A stretch of 64,000 nt of DNA from a candidate division WOR-3 bacterium (GCA_037441285.1 JBBISL010000008.1:1-64000); one strand, 5' to 3'; numbered from the stretch's first letter, positions 26,576 to 38,743 are shown. The notes: generated by a model not told the origin, from the letters alone. Translations and numbers: made by a program.

Positions 26576-27367
26576 GTGCCGAAGAAAAACAAAAAGCCTA
26601 AATCGGGACTATCAATCCGCAATCTGTGGCTCTGGGTTACGGTTGGAGTGGTCGCCATTGTCTTCCTTCTGTTTCTCGCCCGAATTCTTTCCCAGCCACC
26701 CAAAAATGAACCCGAAAGAAAAACAGCCGAATTGACTAAGGTTGACCTCGGTGCTTATACCCGAATGCTGGGCAGGGTTTATCTCGACACTGCCGTTCGC
26801 GCTGCCCTTTCTCCTGAACTTAACCGGCAGCTGGCTTCAATCGATACGATGCTTGAGAACCGCGAGTTGCGCGACGCCATCGCTCGATTAACAAAACTCC
26901 TTCAGAAAAAGGAAATAAAAAGAGACAATGTAAGTCAGGCAGTACTTCATGGGTATATCGGCTTCGCTTACAATGAACTTGCCCAACCCCAAATGGCTCT
27001 TGTCGAATTCCAGAAAGGACTGGATATTACCAGCGCCCTTTCTGAGCCAGCCGCATCCCGCATCATCGGCTGGCTCGCCTTCAATGCCGGTTACACCTTC
27101 CAGTACTACTCCTATCCCGAAAGCGCCCTTGTGTATTACCACCAGGCTGAAAGGTCGCTTTCCCAGCAGGGTACAATCAGCCCAGAATTTGCCGGCGCAC
27201 TTTTGAACAACCTTGGAGTCGCCGCCGAGTTAACTGGTGACTCAACTGCAGCCCGAGATGCGTTTCTCCGCGCCACCACCTATATCGACACCACCATCCC
27301 GACCGAAGCTGCCCAGGACCAGAGTGCCTTACCGGCAATGCGACTGAAGCGAAATTTGCATCGCTAA
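26576..27367 (+). CDS. membrane-anchored TPR-like protein
   Basis: Basic N-terminus plus TM helix; TPR-like repeats (IGFAYNELAQPQMAL, NAGYTFQ, LNNLGVAAE). Confidence 0.75.
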   Translation: MPKKNKKPKSGLSIRNLWLWVTVGVVAIVFLLFLARILSQPPKNEPERKTAELTKVDLGAYTRMLGRVYLDTAVRAALSPELNRQLASIDTMLENRELRDAIARLTKLLQKKEIKRDNVSQAVLHGYIGFAYNELAQPQMALVEFQKGLDITSALSEPAASRIIGWLAFNAGYTFQYYSYPESALVYYHQAERSLSQQGTISPEFAGALLNNLGVAAELTGDSTAARDAFLRATTYIDTTIPTEAAQDQSALPAMRLKRNLHR

Positions 27368-27377
27368 TTACCGCCGG

Positions 27378-29204
27378 CTAAAAAATCTCCTGCGGGTCAA
27401 CCTCAATGCGCAAATTAACTTTTGGAAGTTTCAACTCCGGAATTAACTTTGCAGGCATAATCGTGGGAGGTATCTTTAACAAAATGCGTGCCCCAACTCT
27501 CCGCGCCTGTACCAGCGTTACCGGTCCCAGTACCTCTACCCGCGGTTGAATCGCCTTCGTCTGTTGCTCGATGGCGCGGCACACCGCACTGACCTGTTTG
27601 CCAACCGATTCCCGGTCCTCGCCGCTGATTTTCAGTAACACCAATCGGCAGTGAGGCGGAAATCCCGCCTCCTGCCGAATCCGTAACTCCTCTTTCAGGA
27701 ACTTCTCAGCATCACCTTGCAAACAACAGTCCAGCACCAGTTCTTCGGGCCGGTAGGTTTGAATGACCAACCGGGCACGCTGGCGCTGGACCCGGGTGAT
27801 TACATCACCCAAGAGATGCAGAACCTTCTCCCGGGCACGGAAATCAGGCAGGGCAAATTCTGTGTCCAGATTGACAATTCCGACGACTCCGAGGTTATCA
27901 GGGAAATCCTGACTGAGCAGTTTTTTTGTTCCCACAACAATCTGCGTACCAGCACCGGTAAACCCGTACTCTTTCAACCTCTGTTGAACCATATCAACAC
28001 CAGGGGCTCGAAACTCAAAATCCACCCCCTGGCACGATGGACACTTATCTGGTGCCTCGTAACTCTTCCCACAGTAACGACATACAATCCGGGCATCGGC
28101 TGTAAGAACACCAGGCACACCGCATTCCGGACATTTCAATACCCTACCGCACTGCCGGCAAACCACAAACCGGCTTACCCCTTTTCGATTTAAAAATAGA
28201 ACTGCCGCCCGGCCTTTATCAACTGCCCTTTTCAACTCGGTTAAGAGGCGCGGGGAAAATAGCACGCCGCGATGTAACCGCATATCAACAACAAAAATCC
28301 GCTCCCGCGTTACTGGGAATTTTAGCGGCGCCAGCAAGGTAAACCGTCCCGACTTAATGTTGCCATAGGTCTCAAGGGTCGGAGTCCGGTCCGAAAGCAA
28401 AACCGGACAAGGAGCAAATTTTGCCCGGGCGATTGCCACATCCCGGGCGTGCCACATCGGCCGACGTTCCTCTTTGTAACCAGGAAAATGCTCCTCAAGA
28501 ATCACCACGCCGGATAGATTGCGCGCTGGAACCCATACTGCGGCACGTACACCAATAATTAGAGCCCGTTCCGATTCAACCGCCTTTAACCAAGACTTTC
28601 TCTGGTTTGCCAATGAAAGCCCGTTATGATACTCAATTACCCCTTCACCCCAAATCTCCCGGGCTAAGTTTCCCCACTCCTTCAGCCGCCGCTCCGGCAT
28701 TAAAAAAAGTACCGAACCGTGCTGTTGGCAGCGCCTTAAAAAATCGGTAACCTTTTCCTTCTCTTTGCTCTCGGGACAAACCAATACTTCAAATCTTCGT
28801 TTTTCTAAGGCAGATGAATCGAACGCAGCATCCTGACAAATCGGTTGCTTGGCTATCACGGGTTGAAGATATTTGCCGGCGCGCATTTGAGAAAAAATCC
28901 CGCGGGGCAAAACAAAGCTCAGCACTTCACCCAGAGGTGCAACATAATAGTCTGCCACCCACCGGACCATAAAGAGGAGTTCGCTCGTAATGATACCGCG
29001 GCGCACTATCTCGGTAACACACTGTAACGGCACATTCATCTCGTCCGAACATTTTTCTTTTCTTATCTGGAAAACCACGCCGAGCACCTGCTTACCACGC
29101 AACGGCACACGAACACAATCCCCCGGTGTTACTTCCATATCCGGGGGAACTTCGTAGGTCAACCGGTTAAGCGGCGTCCGGGGGATGACAATATCACAAA
29201 GCAT
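27378..29204 (-). CDS. priA: primosomal protein N-prime (PriA) with degenerate helicase motifs
   Basis: N-terminal LTY...VRVPL-GK DNA-binding domain, HARDVAIARA, FLNRKG, four CxxC pairs, PDFRAREK, GFPP, VDP. Confidence 0.88.
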   Translation of the reverse strand: MLCDIVIPRTPLNRLTYEVPPDMEVTPGDCVRVPLRGKQVLGVVFQIRKEKCSDEMNVPLQCVTEIVRRGIITSELLFMVRWVADYYVAPLGEVLSFVLPRGIFSQMRAGKYLQPVIAKQPICQDAAFDSSALEKRRFEVLVCPESKEKEKVTDFLRRCQQHGSVLFLMPERRLKEWGNLAREIWGEGVIEYHNGLSLANQRKSWLKAVESERALIIGVRAAVWVPARNLSGVVILEEHFPGYKEERRPMWHARDVAIARAKFAPCPVLLSDRTPTLETYGNIKSGRFTLLAPLKFPVTRERIFVVDMRLHRGVLFSPRLLTELKRAVDKGRAAVLFLNRKGVSRFVVCRQCGRVLKCPECGVPGVLTADARIVCRYCGKSYEAPDKCPSCQGVDFEFRAPGVDMVQQRLKEYGFTGAGTQIVVGTKKLLSQDFPDNLGVVGIVNLDTEFALPDFRAREKVLHLLGDVITRVQRQRARLVIQTYRPEELVLDCCLQGDAEKFLKEELRIRQEAGFPPHCRLVLLKISGEDRESVGKQVSAVCRAIEQQTKAIQPRVEVLGPVTLVQARRVGARILLKIPPTIMPAKLIPELKLPKVNLRIEVDPQEIF

Positions 29205-32200
29205 CAGTAGCGCAGTTTGAACCGGTAGCGCAAAGAATACCTGCCGTCTGAAGAACGCTCGGCAATCAGCTCGTTGCGGCGATTAAGGTAATACTCAATC
29301 AAAAATGCCGGATTCAGTTCTCCGGTAAAATTCTGGGTGTAAGAAACATAGATGTTGCGTCCCACATATTTCCCGACTGTAACCCGGGCTTCCTGTCCCG
29401 ACAGAATGCCGGTCTCCAGTTCAAGATAGTCGAGGCTGACAAACTCTCGTACCCTTTTGGCAACCTGGGTTTGAAAATAACTTAGCAGTCTTTCCGATAA
29501 AAGCCGGTTCAAAAGTTCCTTCTGTTCCATTGCGGAAATTTCGTCCATTGTGACATTGAGACTCAGGTAAGAAAGAATCTCGGTTTCGTCCCAGACCGGC
29601 GGTTCTGTTCGAAATACAAAGGAAGGTTCCGAAAGGGTTCCGGTCAAACTGAGAACAATCTTGTCCGGCTGTTCATTTTTCCCATTACTGGTAATCGGCA
29701 ATTCCGCTGTAATATCAAGTTGTGGGTCAAACCGGCTCACATTGTCAAAGAGCAGTTTCCCCTCAGTAACCCGCAGGATGTGGTCAAGATAGTAGATGTT
29801 ACCCTGCCGGGTCACAAGTTCCCCGGTATACACCGCCTCTTCGCCCACCTGCCGGATTGCCAAATCCACCGCCAGTTCAATGTCCGCCTCTCGATTACGC
29901 AACCATACCCCGCGGTCCGCCCGGACTCGAATATCATAATCGACCCCGGCTGAACCACCACCTCCCCCGTTCTGGGGTCCAAAACCAATCGCCACCAGCG
30001 CCTCGTCCACCACTGTGTTTCCGGAGATAAACGCCCGCTTTTCTCCCCGATGCCAGGTGATGTCGATATCACCTTGCCCAATTGCATATACCTTCGCCAT
30101 CGGAACCGCCGATACACCGGTAAAATGGGTCTTAAATACAACCGAATCCACCTCACCCTGAGGACTCAAATCCACCACCCCTTCGCCCGTAACTGTACCC
30201 CGGGCACTTTTGCCACTCAACTTTTCAATGACTAACCTATCCTCCTGGAAAGTAATCTCCGCCTCCACCGCCTCAACTGTGGTTGCAACCGAGGGCACCC
30301 TCATCACACCTTTGCTCAATCTTGACCGCCCGGAAAGCATTAACCTCGCCGGCTGCCAATCTACCCTTATGGCACCAAAAAACATCCCTTCGGGAATCTC
30401 CACATAAGGCTTTGCAACTTCAAAAAACCAGGTTCCCGGGTCAACAAGGGATAGGTTGAGCATCGCCCCCTCTAAATGAAAACCATTGTTCAAGGTCCAG
30501 CGAAAATCCCCCTGTATCCGGCTGGTGTCACGGTGGTAAATAAACTCCAGCCTTTCCAGATGGCCCCCGGTACGGCTGGCAGTTAAATTCCCCTGAATCT
30601 GTTTCAGATTCAAATTCAGCCTCGGCACACCAAAATCAGCCCCGGTAAACCCGATTGACAGGGAATCACCACCTGCAATATCAATGTCAAACTCCCCCCA
30701 CAACTCAGTATTAATACCCAGCAACTGTTGCATCTTCCGGAAGTTTATATGGCGCGCTCGGACTTCAAACCAGGGTGACTGCCCGGCAACAATTCGGGCG
30801 GCTAAATTAACCTCGCCATCCGCCATCGCCACCTTCACCCCTGCCACATCAACCATCGAATTGCGGAAAACAACCCGGCAAGGTTCAACCAGGGCAACCG
30901 TCTCCTTATCGGTCACATACTCCAGCCCACTGAGGGAACAGACTACCGCCCGTTCTTGAAAATGCAGCTCACCCAGTGCACTGAAACGCGCGCTCTCTCG
31001 CTCAAACCTCACCTCAAACTCGGGACCGGTCCAGATTAGCTGTCCTGCATTCCACTCCTGATTTGCCAGCACAATACCCTCGCCCCCAACCGCCAATCGG
31101 CCCGCCATCCGGTCAACGAAATTTCCTCGCAGTGGCCCGCTACCCGCCACATCAGCCGCGATAAGACCGTTTGTAACCTCCACTTTACTCCAGCTGAACC
31201 CATCAAAACGCACCATACCCGAAAAGCCCCAGGAATCTTTTTCCCAGAAAGCCAAGAGTTCGCCATCTGCCCGGCCGGTAAGTTCAACATTCAACACCTT
31301 ACCCACAACATTCAGGTCAAAATTGTGCATCTCGCATTGCGCCTTCAGCAACCCTCTTCGCGCCACACCGATGAAATCGAAATTTCCCACCGGACCTCTT
31401 ATCGTCAAACTCCGTAACTGCACACTACCCTGCCGATAATCAACAACCGCATTGAGCGTATCGATGCCCAACTCTGTTACCTTTCCCTTTACGACCAGGT
31501 TAACCGAATCGGAACGACCGCGCTCATTCTTCTCTCCCGGTAAATAAGCCAGCGAACCCAGCACCCCTCCCGACTGGAATTGTGCTGATAGCCGGAATTC
31601 GGGCAGCGACGGTTCAATTTGAGACACCGCAAGACTGTCAACCTGAATTGAAGCGGAAAAATCAAACTTCGCTAAATTAACCTCCCCATCAAGCGCAAAC
31701 CGACCAAGTTGAGGGTCACTACCGGCAAGTGTAAGCTTAAAGATTGAGTCTTGCAGGTCAAAACCGCCGGTAAGTCTGGGCAGATTTATTTTTTTCCAGC
31801 GAAGCCCCTCGGCAATCCATTTGCCCTTAGCCCCTTTTCTACCCGGTGCCACCTGTCCCTCTCCTTCAAACCAAACCCGACCCGGGATATGCAAAAATTC
31901 CACCAGGTTGACACTCAGCTCATTAACCTCGGCGCTAATCTCCTTTGTTTTCAAATTGACGACAACGCCCCCGCGAAACCTTGAGGTCTTTGTCATCGCC
32001 TGAACTTCGCTCATCTTCAACGAATCTGCCGCCAGCTCCACCCTACCGCCGATATGCCGGACTGCCAGACTCTCCTTAACCATCAAAAGTTGCGCTGAAT
32101 CAAGTTCCAGCCTCGCAAACGAACCGCGTGCCGCGAGCCGCAGGTTAAGCCGTAGCGAGTCAACCCGTTTACTGCCCTTGATATAAACCTCACCACCCTG

Positions 32201-32611
32201 CAAACTCAATTGACGGACCGTAATATCAGGCAATCTCAACGCCTGCGGTGCCGGCCGTTTCTGCTCTTCGGCTCGCTCACCGATATAGACCCGTGCGCTA
32301 TCAAGTTGAACATCACGCAGGACAATCTTACCACGTAATAAGGCAAAAATGTCGTAGCGCACGCTCAGTCGTTTAACCCGAACCGAATCGGAATTAAGAA
32401 CTATCCTCAAATCGGACACTTGAGGCGCAGAAAATATGTCCCCGACAATTGTGCGGTAACTAATCTCTCCGTTAATTCCCTTCCCCAGACCGCCGAGCGT
32501 CCTTTTCAATACCAGCCGTCCAATCTCCTGCCGGAACAAAACCACACCGACAAGCAGCACAATCGCAACCCCTAACAAGAAATGCCACCACCGCACCGCT
32601 CTCATTTGCAC
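29204..32611 (-). CDS. tamB: translocation and assembly module TamB-like protein
   Basis: N-terminal TM anchor, long beta-rich body, C-terminal DUF490-like segment (FDPQLDITAE...LTGTLSEP...VTVGKYV); adjacent to an Omp85 gene. Confidence 0.85.
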   Translation of the reverse strand: MQMRAVRWWHFLLGVAIVLLVGVVLFRQEIGRLVLKRTLGGLGKGINGEISYRTIVGDIFSAPQVSDLRIVLNSDSVRVKRLSVRYDIFALLRGKIVLRDVQLDSARVYIGERAEEQKRPAPQALRLPDITVRQLSLQGGEVYIKGSKRVDSLRLNLRLAARGSFARLELDSAQLLMVKESLAVRHIGGRVELAADSLKMSEVQAMTKTSRFRGGVVVNLKTKEISAEVNELSVNLVEFLHIPGRVWFEGEGQVAPGRKGAKGKWIAEGLRWKKINLPRLTGGFDLQDSIFKLTLAGSDPQLGRFALDGEVNLAKFDFSASIQVDSLAVSQIEPSLPEFRLSAQFQSGGVLGSLAYLPGEKNERGRSDSVNLVVKGKVTELGIDTLNAVVDYRQGSVQLRSLTIRGPVGNFDFIGVARRGLLKAQCEMHNFDLNVVGKVLNVELTGRADGELLAFWEKDSWGFSGMVRFDGFSWSKVEVTNGLIAADVAGSGPLRGNFVDRMAGRLAVGGEGIVLANQEWNAGQLIWTGPEFEVRFERESARFSALGELHFQERAVVCSLSGLEYVTDKETVALVEPCRVVFRNSMVDVAGVKVAMADGEVNLAARIVAGQSPWFEVRARHINFRKMQQLLGINTELWGEFDIDIAGGDSLSIGFTGADFGVPRLNLNLKQIQGNLTASRTGGHLERLEFIYHRDTSRIQGDFRWTLNNGFHLEGAMLNLSLVDPGTWFFEVAKPYVEIPEGMFFGAIRVDWQPARLMLSGRSRLSKGVMRVPSVATTVEAVEAEITFQEDRLVIEKLSGKSARGTVTGEGVVDLSPQGEVDSVVFKTHFTGVSAVPMAKVYAIGQGDIDITWHRGEKRAFISGNTVVDEALVAIGFGPQNGGGGGSAGVDYDIRVRADRGVWLRNREADIELAVDLAIRQVGEEAVYTGELVTRQGNIYYLDHILRVTEGKLLFDNVSRFDPQLDITAELPITSNGKNEQPDKIVLSLTGTLSEPSFVFRTEPPVWDETEILSYLSLNVTMDEISAMEQKELLNRLLSERLLSYFQTQVAKRVREFVSLDYLELETGILSGQEARVTVGKYVGRNIYVSYTQNFTGELNPAFLIEYYLNRRNELIAERSSDGRYSLRYRFKLRY

Positions 32612-32624
32612 CCCTGCGTCCTCC

Positions 32625-34328
32625 TTAAAATGCATGCAACACCCCAAAATAAATTCTGCCCCAGTCTCCGGCTGGTGGGTCTTTTAACCGCTTGCCCCAG
32701 TCAAACCGAATCGGTCCTACCGGCGTTCGCACCCGGAAACCAACACCGGCTCCTACCTCAAACCCGCGCAACCTTAAATCCCTTTGCCCGGCAACCTGTC
32801 CGACATCAATAAAACCAACGACGCCAACCCAGCGCAGGACATAAGGGCTCCGCACCTCAGCACTGGCGTTCAAAATCACCGGTCCATAACGGCCACCAAG
32901 TGCGGTATCCGGTCCCACTGCCTGGTCTGGATAGCCACGCAGATTGTTCTTCCCACCCAGGAAAAACTCCTCGTAATAAGGTACCGTTGTTGACCGGCCA
33001 TAGGGAATCACCCTGCCCCCTAAGCCGCGTAAGGCGAAAACAAAACCCCTACCCAGCGCCTGATATAGGCGGATATCCGCTACCCCCCGGATAAAGTCAT
33101 TATCTCCGAGCAAAATACCACCCGCTCCTTCAAGCCCGGGCTGGAAATATACACCGCGTTGGGGGTCAAAAAAGTTGTCCCGCGAGTCATAGATTAAACT
33201 CAGCGCCACTGAATTGGTTATCCCCCGGCTCGTATCGGCAACAAACCGCAATCGATTGAACAGACCAAGCCGCCACTGGGGTGCGATGTCCTTCTGCATA
33301 CCGTTTTCAATTCCGAACTCCCGTTGCCGCGCCGAGTCAATCCGCTCATAATAAAAAAACGGATGGCTCTGAAAATCAATCCGGTTGCGGAACAGATACG
33401 GCACCCGCCAGGTCAGGTCAAAACTGCTTCGGTAATTCTTCTTTAAATCCGGGCTGAACTCGACCCCGGCAATCAACCACTGCCCGCGATTCATCACATT
33501 ATTGTGCTCCCACTCCACCGAAAAGAGCGCTCGACTGGGCGGCGTTTGCAGACCAACGCCCAGCGCCACACCGTGCTGGGCACCTTCCACCACATCAAAC
33601 CGCACTATTACGCTATCCGGTGCCAAAGAGTCCCGCCCCACATAGAACAGAACCCGGGAAAAGATTTTCGTCGCGTAAACCCGGCGCTGCGCCTCTTCCA
33701 GCCGACGCCGGGAAAACACCTCACCGGGTTTTATCTCAAGGGTGCGCCGAATCGTGGCGGTACGTACCGTTTTGTTACCCCGCACCCGAACCTCTTTTAT
33801 GTAGCAACGTTGTCCCTCTTCAATAACATACCTGACCACCACCAGTGTATCCTTACGCTCAACGCTATCCTGTACCGTCACAAAGGGATATCCCGAATTT
33901 AAATAAAAATTCCGCAGACTCTGGGCACCGCTTTTGACCGCACTGAACGAGAACGGAGTGCCGGCACTCAAGTTCAAAATTTGCCGCAACCGTTCAATGG
34001 GAAATGCGCCATTGCCCTGAACAACCACATCTCCCACCTTTGCCCGAAACCCTTCCTGAATATAAAATGTCACCACCACCTTGCCGGCAACAACTCCAAG
34101 CCCCTTTTCGACCTGAACATCAAAGAAACCCTCATTGCGATAAAAATTCTCTATCACCCGGGCATCCTCATCCAGTAAACCATTGACCGCCGGCGCACCA
34201 GGTCTCACCTGAACAAGATTGAGCAGTACGCGGCGAGAAAAACTTTTATTACCCGCAAACCGAACAATGTCAACCTTCGTGTCCGACGACACCTGGCATA
34301 ATATGCCCAGAATCGCTAAAAAGACCAC
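32625..34328 (-). CDS. tamA: Omp85-family outer membrane protein (TamA/BamA-like, about 3 POTRA domains plus barrel)
   Basis: POTRA repeats, YDSRDNFFDP, FFLGGKNNLRGY, TPVGPIRFDWG, C-terminal Phe. Confidence 0.85.
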   Translation of the reverse strand: MVFLAILGILCQVSSDTKVDIVRFAGNKSFSRRVLLNLVQVRPGAPAVNGLLDEDARVIENFYRNEGFFDVQVEKGLGVVAGKVVVTFYIQEGFRAKVGDVVVQGNGAFPIERLRQILNLSAGTPFSFSAVKSGAQSLRNFYLNSGYPFVTVQDSVERKDTLVVVRYVIEEGQRCYIKEVRVRGNKTVRTATIRRTLEIKPGEVFSRRRLEEAQRRVYATKIFSRVLFYVGRDSLAPDSVIVRFDVVEGAQHGVALGVGLQTPPSRALFSVEWEHNNVMNRGQWLIAGVEFSPDLKKNYRSSFDLTWRVPYLFRNRIDFQSHPFFYYERIDSARQREFGIENGMQKDIAPQWRLGLFNRLRFVADTSRGITNSVALSLIYDSRDNFFDPQRGVYFQPGLEGAGGILLGDNDFIRGVADIRLYQALGRGFVFALRGLGGRVIPYGRSTTVPYYEEFFLGGKNNLRGYPDQAVGPDTALGGRYGPVILNASAEVRSPYVLRWVGVVGFIDVGQVAGQRDLRLRGFEVGAGVGFRVRTPVGPIRFDWGKRLKDPPAGDWGRIYFGVLHAF

Positions 34329-34332
34329 CGCG

Positions 34333-37110
34333 TTACAACTCTTTCTTTACTGCCCGCTGCCTTCGGCTTAAAACCCGGCGCATCATCTTCTCAATTTCCA
34401 CCGCCAGGAAGATAACTGAACTCGCGGCCAGCGCAATAATCAAATCCGGTAACGGAAGCGCTGTTGTTTTAAATACTCGCTGCAACAGTGGATTGTATAT
34501 CACAAGAAGCTGAAGGGCAAATGTCAGCAAAAATGTTCCAATAAGCACCGGATTTTCCAAGAGTTTCATCCGGAAAAAAGACTCCCGCAGGGACCGCAGC
34601 GAAAACGAATGCAACAACTGCCCCATAATCAGCGTGGTGAACACCATCGTCCGCCAGTCCTCTCTGCCCTTGACAAATGCCCAGTAGCCCACGCCCAGCG
34701 ACACCAGCCCTAAAAAAATACCGGACCAGACGATATTAAAGCCCATACCGTGGGCAAAGATGCTCTCACTCAACCGTCGGGGTGGCCGCTGCATCACATC
34801 CCGTTCGGGCGGCTCAACACCCAGAGCCAGACCGGGTAATCCATCGGTCACAAGATTGACCCATAAAATCTGCAAGGGACCCAAGGGAAAAGGCATCCCG
34901 AAAAATGGCGCTAAAACCATCGTCACAATCTCCCCGGTATTAGAGGCAAATGTATAGCGGATAAACTTGCGGATGTTTTCGTAGATTGCCCTGCCCTCGC
35001 GCACCGCCGCGACAATCGTCGCAAAGTTGTCATCGAGGAGCACCATATCCGCCGCCTCCTTCGCCACATCGGTACCGGTAACCCCCATTGCCACGCCGAT
35101 ATCCGCCTTCTTCAACGCCGGCGCATCATTCACCCCATCTCCGGTCATCGCCACAACCTCGCCCTTCTCCTGCAGCGCCTTAACAATCGAGAGTTTATCC
35201 TCGGGCGCGACCCGGGCATAAACGACAACCCGCTCCACGATTGACTTCAACTTCTCAAAAGGAATCTGCCGCAATTGCTCGCCGGTGAGAGCCCGCTCCT
35301 GCCAGTCGGGCTCATCCCGATTTAGAATACCGATATCACTGGCGATAAAAAGCGCGGTCAATGGATGGTCCCCGGTAATCATCACCGGTTTAATCCCGGC
35401 TTCCCGGCACACTCTAACCGCCTCCTTCACCTCCGGTCGTGCCGGGTCAATCATTCCGCTCATCCCGATGAAAATCAAACCATTTTCCAGACTCGCTTCC
35501 GCGCCATCAGAACCGCTCAACTCCTCCTCTTTAACCAATCGGAAAGCGCTTCCCAGCACCCTGACTCCCTGTGCCGTGAGATTAGTAAGGGCTTCGGTTA
35601 TCCGTTCCTGCCAGGCTTCGGTCAACGGTTCCACTTTGCCATTGACATACACCCCGCGACACAACTTTAAGAGCACATCAACCGCACCTTTGGTAAATAG
35701 TACCATCTCTTTATCACTGCCGGCTTTCAAAATCTCGCGAATTAACCGCTCCTTTTCTGCAACCGGACCTTCAATTTTCAACTGATGGATGGTACTCATC
35801 CGCTTGCGCTCGGAAGAAAAGGGAATTTCCTTCACCCGCGGCAACAGGCGCCGCAACCGGTTCGGCTCCAGCCCCAACTCCATTGCTGCCAGTACCAGCG
35901 CCCCTTCTGTTGGGTCGCCCAACACCTTCACCGCTTGGGAATCAACCGCAATCAAGGCGTCGTTACACAACGCACCCGCCGCCACCAGCAAAAGCATTGC
36001 CGGTGAAGGCTGGTAACAACCTTCCCCCCTATTCCCCTTTGCCCGGACCACCTGCAGGTCGCACTTTTCGCCGGCAACATCCAGCACCGTAACCGTCATC
36101 CGATTCTGGGTCAAAGTGCCGGTCTTGTCAGAACAAATCACCGTAACCGAACCCAGCGTCTCCACCGCATTCAACCTTCTAATCAAAGCATTCCGATTGA
36201 GCATCCGCCGCGCACCCAGGGTCAATCCGATGGTAACAACCGCCGGCAACCCTTCGGGCACCGCTGCCACCGCCATCGCCACCGCCACCAGAAACATCTC
36301 CCGATAACTCTGCCCCCTTGACACCCCTAAGGCAAAAACAATGGCAACAATTACCAAAACCGCTATCGCCAGTTCCCTTGCCATCCGCTCCAGCCGCTTC
36401 TGTAACGGTGTTGGCTCACGCTTTGTCGTCTGCAACATATCCGCAATCTTGCCTAACTCGGTTCTCATTCCGGTCTCGGTCACCACCATCCGACCCCGAC
36501 CCGCAACCACCGCCGTCCCCATAAAAACCATATTTTTCGACCGGTGTCCAGCATCCTGCTGCTCTTCCGTTTCGTTTCCACTCACCTTATCCACCGGCTC
36601 TGATTCGCCGGTCAAAGCCGCCTCCTGGACCCGTAAATTCACCGCTTCCAGCAACCTGCCATCCGCCGGTACATGGACACCCACCTCCAGAAGCACAATA
36701 TCCCCGGGCACCAGTTCCTGAGCCCCGACATCCTCAACAACCCCTTCCCGGCACACCCGGACCTTGGGTACCGCCAATCGCTTCAAAGCCTGCAATGCCT
36801 TCTCTGCCCGGAACTCCTGGGCAAAACCCAGAATGGCATTAAGCACCACGATGGTAAATATCGCCACCGCGTCAATCGTCTCGCCTAAAAATATCGAAAC
36901 CACGCCCGCCACCAGAAGCATTATCACCATCACCGAAGTGAACTGGGATAAAAGAATTGAGAGCGGGCTGCGAACCTCCCGCTCCTTCAGCACATTTTTT
37001 CCCAATCGTTGTAGTCGGTTTTGTACCTCCTCTCGGCTCAAACCCTTTTCCGGGTCCGAACCCAGTTCGGCAACAACCCGCCCTGCCTCTTTCCTGCCCC
37101 AGGCACTCAT
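34333..37110 (-). CDS. P-type cation-transporting ATPase, type IIA (Ca2+-like)
   Basis: [45 protein letters not shown]. Confidence 0.95.
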   Translation of the reverse strand: MSAWGRKEAGRVVAELGSDPEKGLSREEVQNRLQRLGKNVLKEREVRSPLSILLSQFTSVMVIMLLVAGVVSIFLGETIDAVAIFTIVVLNAILGFAQEFRAEKALQALKRLAVPKVRVCREGVVEDVGAQELVPGDIVLLEVGVHVPADGRLLEAVNLRVQEAALTGESEPVDKVSGNETEEQQDAGHRSKNMVFMGTAVVAGRGRMVVTETGMRTELGKIADMLQTTKREPTPLQKRLERMARELAIAVLVIVAIVFALGVSRGQSYREMFLVAVAMAVAAVPEGLPAVVTIGLTLGARRMLNRNALIRRLNAVETLGSVTVICSDKTGTLTQNRMTVTVLDVAGEKCDLQVVRAKGNRGEGCYQPSPAMLLLVAAGALCNDALIAVDSQAVKVLGDPTEGALVLAAMELGLEPNRLRRLLPRVKEIPFSSERKRMSTIHQLKIEGPVAEKERLIREILKAGSDKEMVLFTKGAVDVLLKLCRGVYVNGKVEPLTEAWQERITEALTNLTAQGVRVLGSAFRLVKEEELSGSDGAEASLENGLIFIGMSGMIDPARPEVKEAVRVCREAGIKPVMITGDHPLTALFIASDIGILNRDEPDWQERALTGEQLRQIPFEKLKSIVERVVVYARVAPEDKLSIVKALQEKGEVVAMTGDGVNDAPALKKADIGVAMGVTGTDVAKEAADMVLLDDNFATIVAAVREGRAIYENIRKFIRYTFASNTGEIVTMVLAPFFGMPFPLGPLQILWVNLVTDGLPGLALGVEPPERDVMQRPPRRLSESIFAHGMGFNIVWSGIFLGLVSLGVGYWAFVKGREDWRTMVFTTLIMGQLLHSFSLRSLRESFFRMKLLENPVLIGTFLLTFALQLLVIYNPLLQRVFKTTALPLPDLIIALAASSVIFLAVEIEKMMRRVLSRRQRAVKKEL

Positions 37111-37159
37111 ATCAACCAAAACTGCAACCGGAAAACTTTACACCCAACCGCGCCCGCGC

Positions 37160-38077
37160 CTACTTCTTCTCCGCCTCTGTCTTGTCCTTCAAAGCCTCGG
37201 CAATCATCGCAACTGCACTCATAATCCCGGACGCCTCATAAGGAACAAACATCTTCGTCGCCTTGCCCTCTGCCATCTTCGCCAGCGCCTCTAAATACTT
37301 AATTGCGATTAAATCCTTTGTCGGGTTCCCCTTGTGAATTGCCGAATAAACCCGTTCAATCGCCTGCGCCTCACCCTCAGCCACAGTCAACAACTTATAC
37401 TTCTCGGCATCGGCAACCCGCTCAATTGCGCCCGCCTGCCCTTCGGCTTCAAGAATCCTCGCCTGCTTTTCACCTTCCGCCTTCAGAATCGCCGCCTGCC
37501 TGATACCTTCGGCTTCAAGTACCACCGCCCGACGGTCGCGCTCCGCCTTCATCTGGCGGTGCATCGCCTCGGTCACATCGCTCGGTGGCTCAATCCGCTG
37601 CAACTCCACCCGCGTCACCTTTGCGCCCCACTTATCAGTTGCCTCATCCAGCACATCGCGCAACTTCGCATTGATTCTTTCCCGGGAGGTCAAGGACTCA
37701 TCCAGCGTCAAATCACCAATCACATTGCGCAGATTGGTCTGCGCCAGTTTAATCGTTGCCAGCCGGAAATTGGCAACATTGTAAAGCACTTTCACCGGGT
37801 CTGTTACCTCATAGTAAACAATCGCATCAACCGTCACCGTCGCATTGTCCTTGGTGATAACCTCCTGCGGCGGCACATCAACCACCTGCTCCCGCATATC
37901 AACCTTAATCAGCCGCTCAAGAAACGGGATGATAAAATTCAAACCGGGCTGGACCAGCCGCTGATACTTTCCCAGCCTTTCCACCGCACCCCGCTGATAC
38001 GGGCGCACAATCTTCAACCCCAAAAGCGCCCAGATAAACAAAAAAATCAGAACGATGATTACCAGTGCCGGCATCAT
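37160..38077 (-). CDS. SPFH/band 7 (QmcA/stomatin-like) protein
   Basis: [36 protein letters not shown]. Confidence 0.95.
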   Translation of the reverse strand: MMPALVIIVLIFLFIWALLGLKIVRPYQRGAVERLGKYQRLVQPGLNFIIPFLERLIKVDMREQVVDVPPQEVITKDNATVTVDAIVYYEVTDPVKVLYNVANFRLATIKLAQTNLRNVIGDLTLDESLTSRERINAKLRDVLDEATDKWGAKVTRVELQRIEPPSDVTEAMHRQMKAERDRRAVVLEAEGIRQAAILKAEGEKQARILEAEGQAGAIERVADAEKYKLLTVAEGEAQAIERVYSAIHKGNPTKDLIAIKYLEALAKMAEGKATKMFVPYEASGIMSAVAMIAEALKDKTEAEKK

Positions 38078-38514
38078 TGCCTCCTTTCTTCTAACGGTTC
38101 AACTACCAGATGGGTTCCGTCAACCTTTACCACTTTTACCCTGGCTCCTTCTGCCAGCGGCATTTCTGCCTCTGCCCGCCACTCTTCACCCTGCACCTTT
38201 ACCCGGCCCATTTTCGCCGGTTCAATCTTCTCCAACACCACGCCGGTGGCGCCCGCTAACCGTAACGCTCCTACCGGCTCAGGTTCGGGTCGGGTAATCT
38301 TTTTGCCAATCCACTGCGCCAGAAACACACCCAGACCGGAAAAAAACAGAAACACCCCATACTGGAAATAGGGATTCCGGATAAAAAACGCCAGAATACC
38401 GGTAAGGACCGCGGCAACCCCAAACCAGATGATTACCAGCCCCGGCACAACCATCTCCAGTGCGGCGAGAACCAGTCCGATTATAATCCAGACCACCGGC
38501 TTCAATCCAACCAT
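38074..38514 (-). CDS. NfeD-family membrane protein
   Basis: N-terminal TM segments then [14 protein letters not shown] fold; canonical partner of SPFH; GGAGG SD. Confidence 0.92.
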   Translation of the reverse strand: MVGLKPVVWIIIGLVLAALEMVVPGLVIIWFGVAAVLTGILAFFIRNPYFQYGVFLFFSGLGVFLAQWIGKKITRPEPEPVGALRLAGATGVVLEKIEPAKMGRVKVQGEEWRAEAEMPLAEGARVKVVKVDGTHLVVEPLEERRQ

Positions 38515-38743
38515 AACCGCCTCCATTTCATAAATAACACCACAAACTATAATGCCCTTTTATCTCCGAAAGTCAAGAGGAATTGTAGACCGGACCGCTC
38601 TTGTCCAGTGTGTCTGGTTGGGCGATAAGACAAAAGTCCAATCCATTGGTTAAGTTCAACCATCAGGAAGTCCGCATCTTAACAGAAAAATCGACCGGTA
38701 TCGCCCACCCCAAAACCGCTAAGTTTACGGCGCCGACTACCAA

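Noticed and set aside
37111..37159. Possible metal riboswitch before the P-type ATPase
   Set aside because: The gap is under 50 nt and I saw no yybP-ykoY or M-box features
37334..38371. 345-aa plus-strand ORF
   Set aside because: Antisense shadow of the well-conserved SPFH and NfeD genes; no domain-like features
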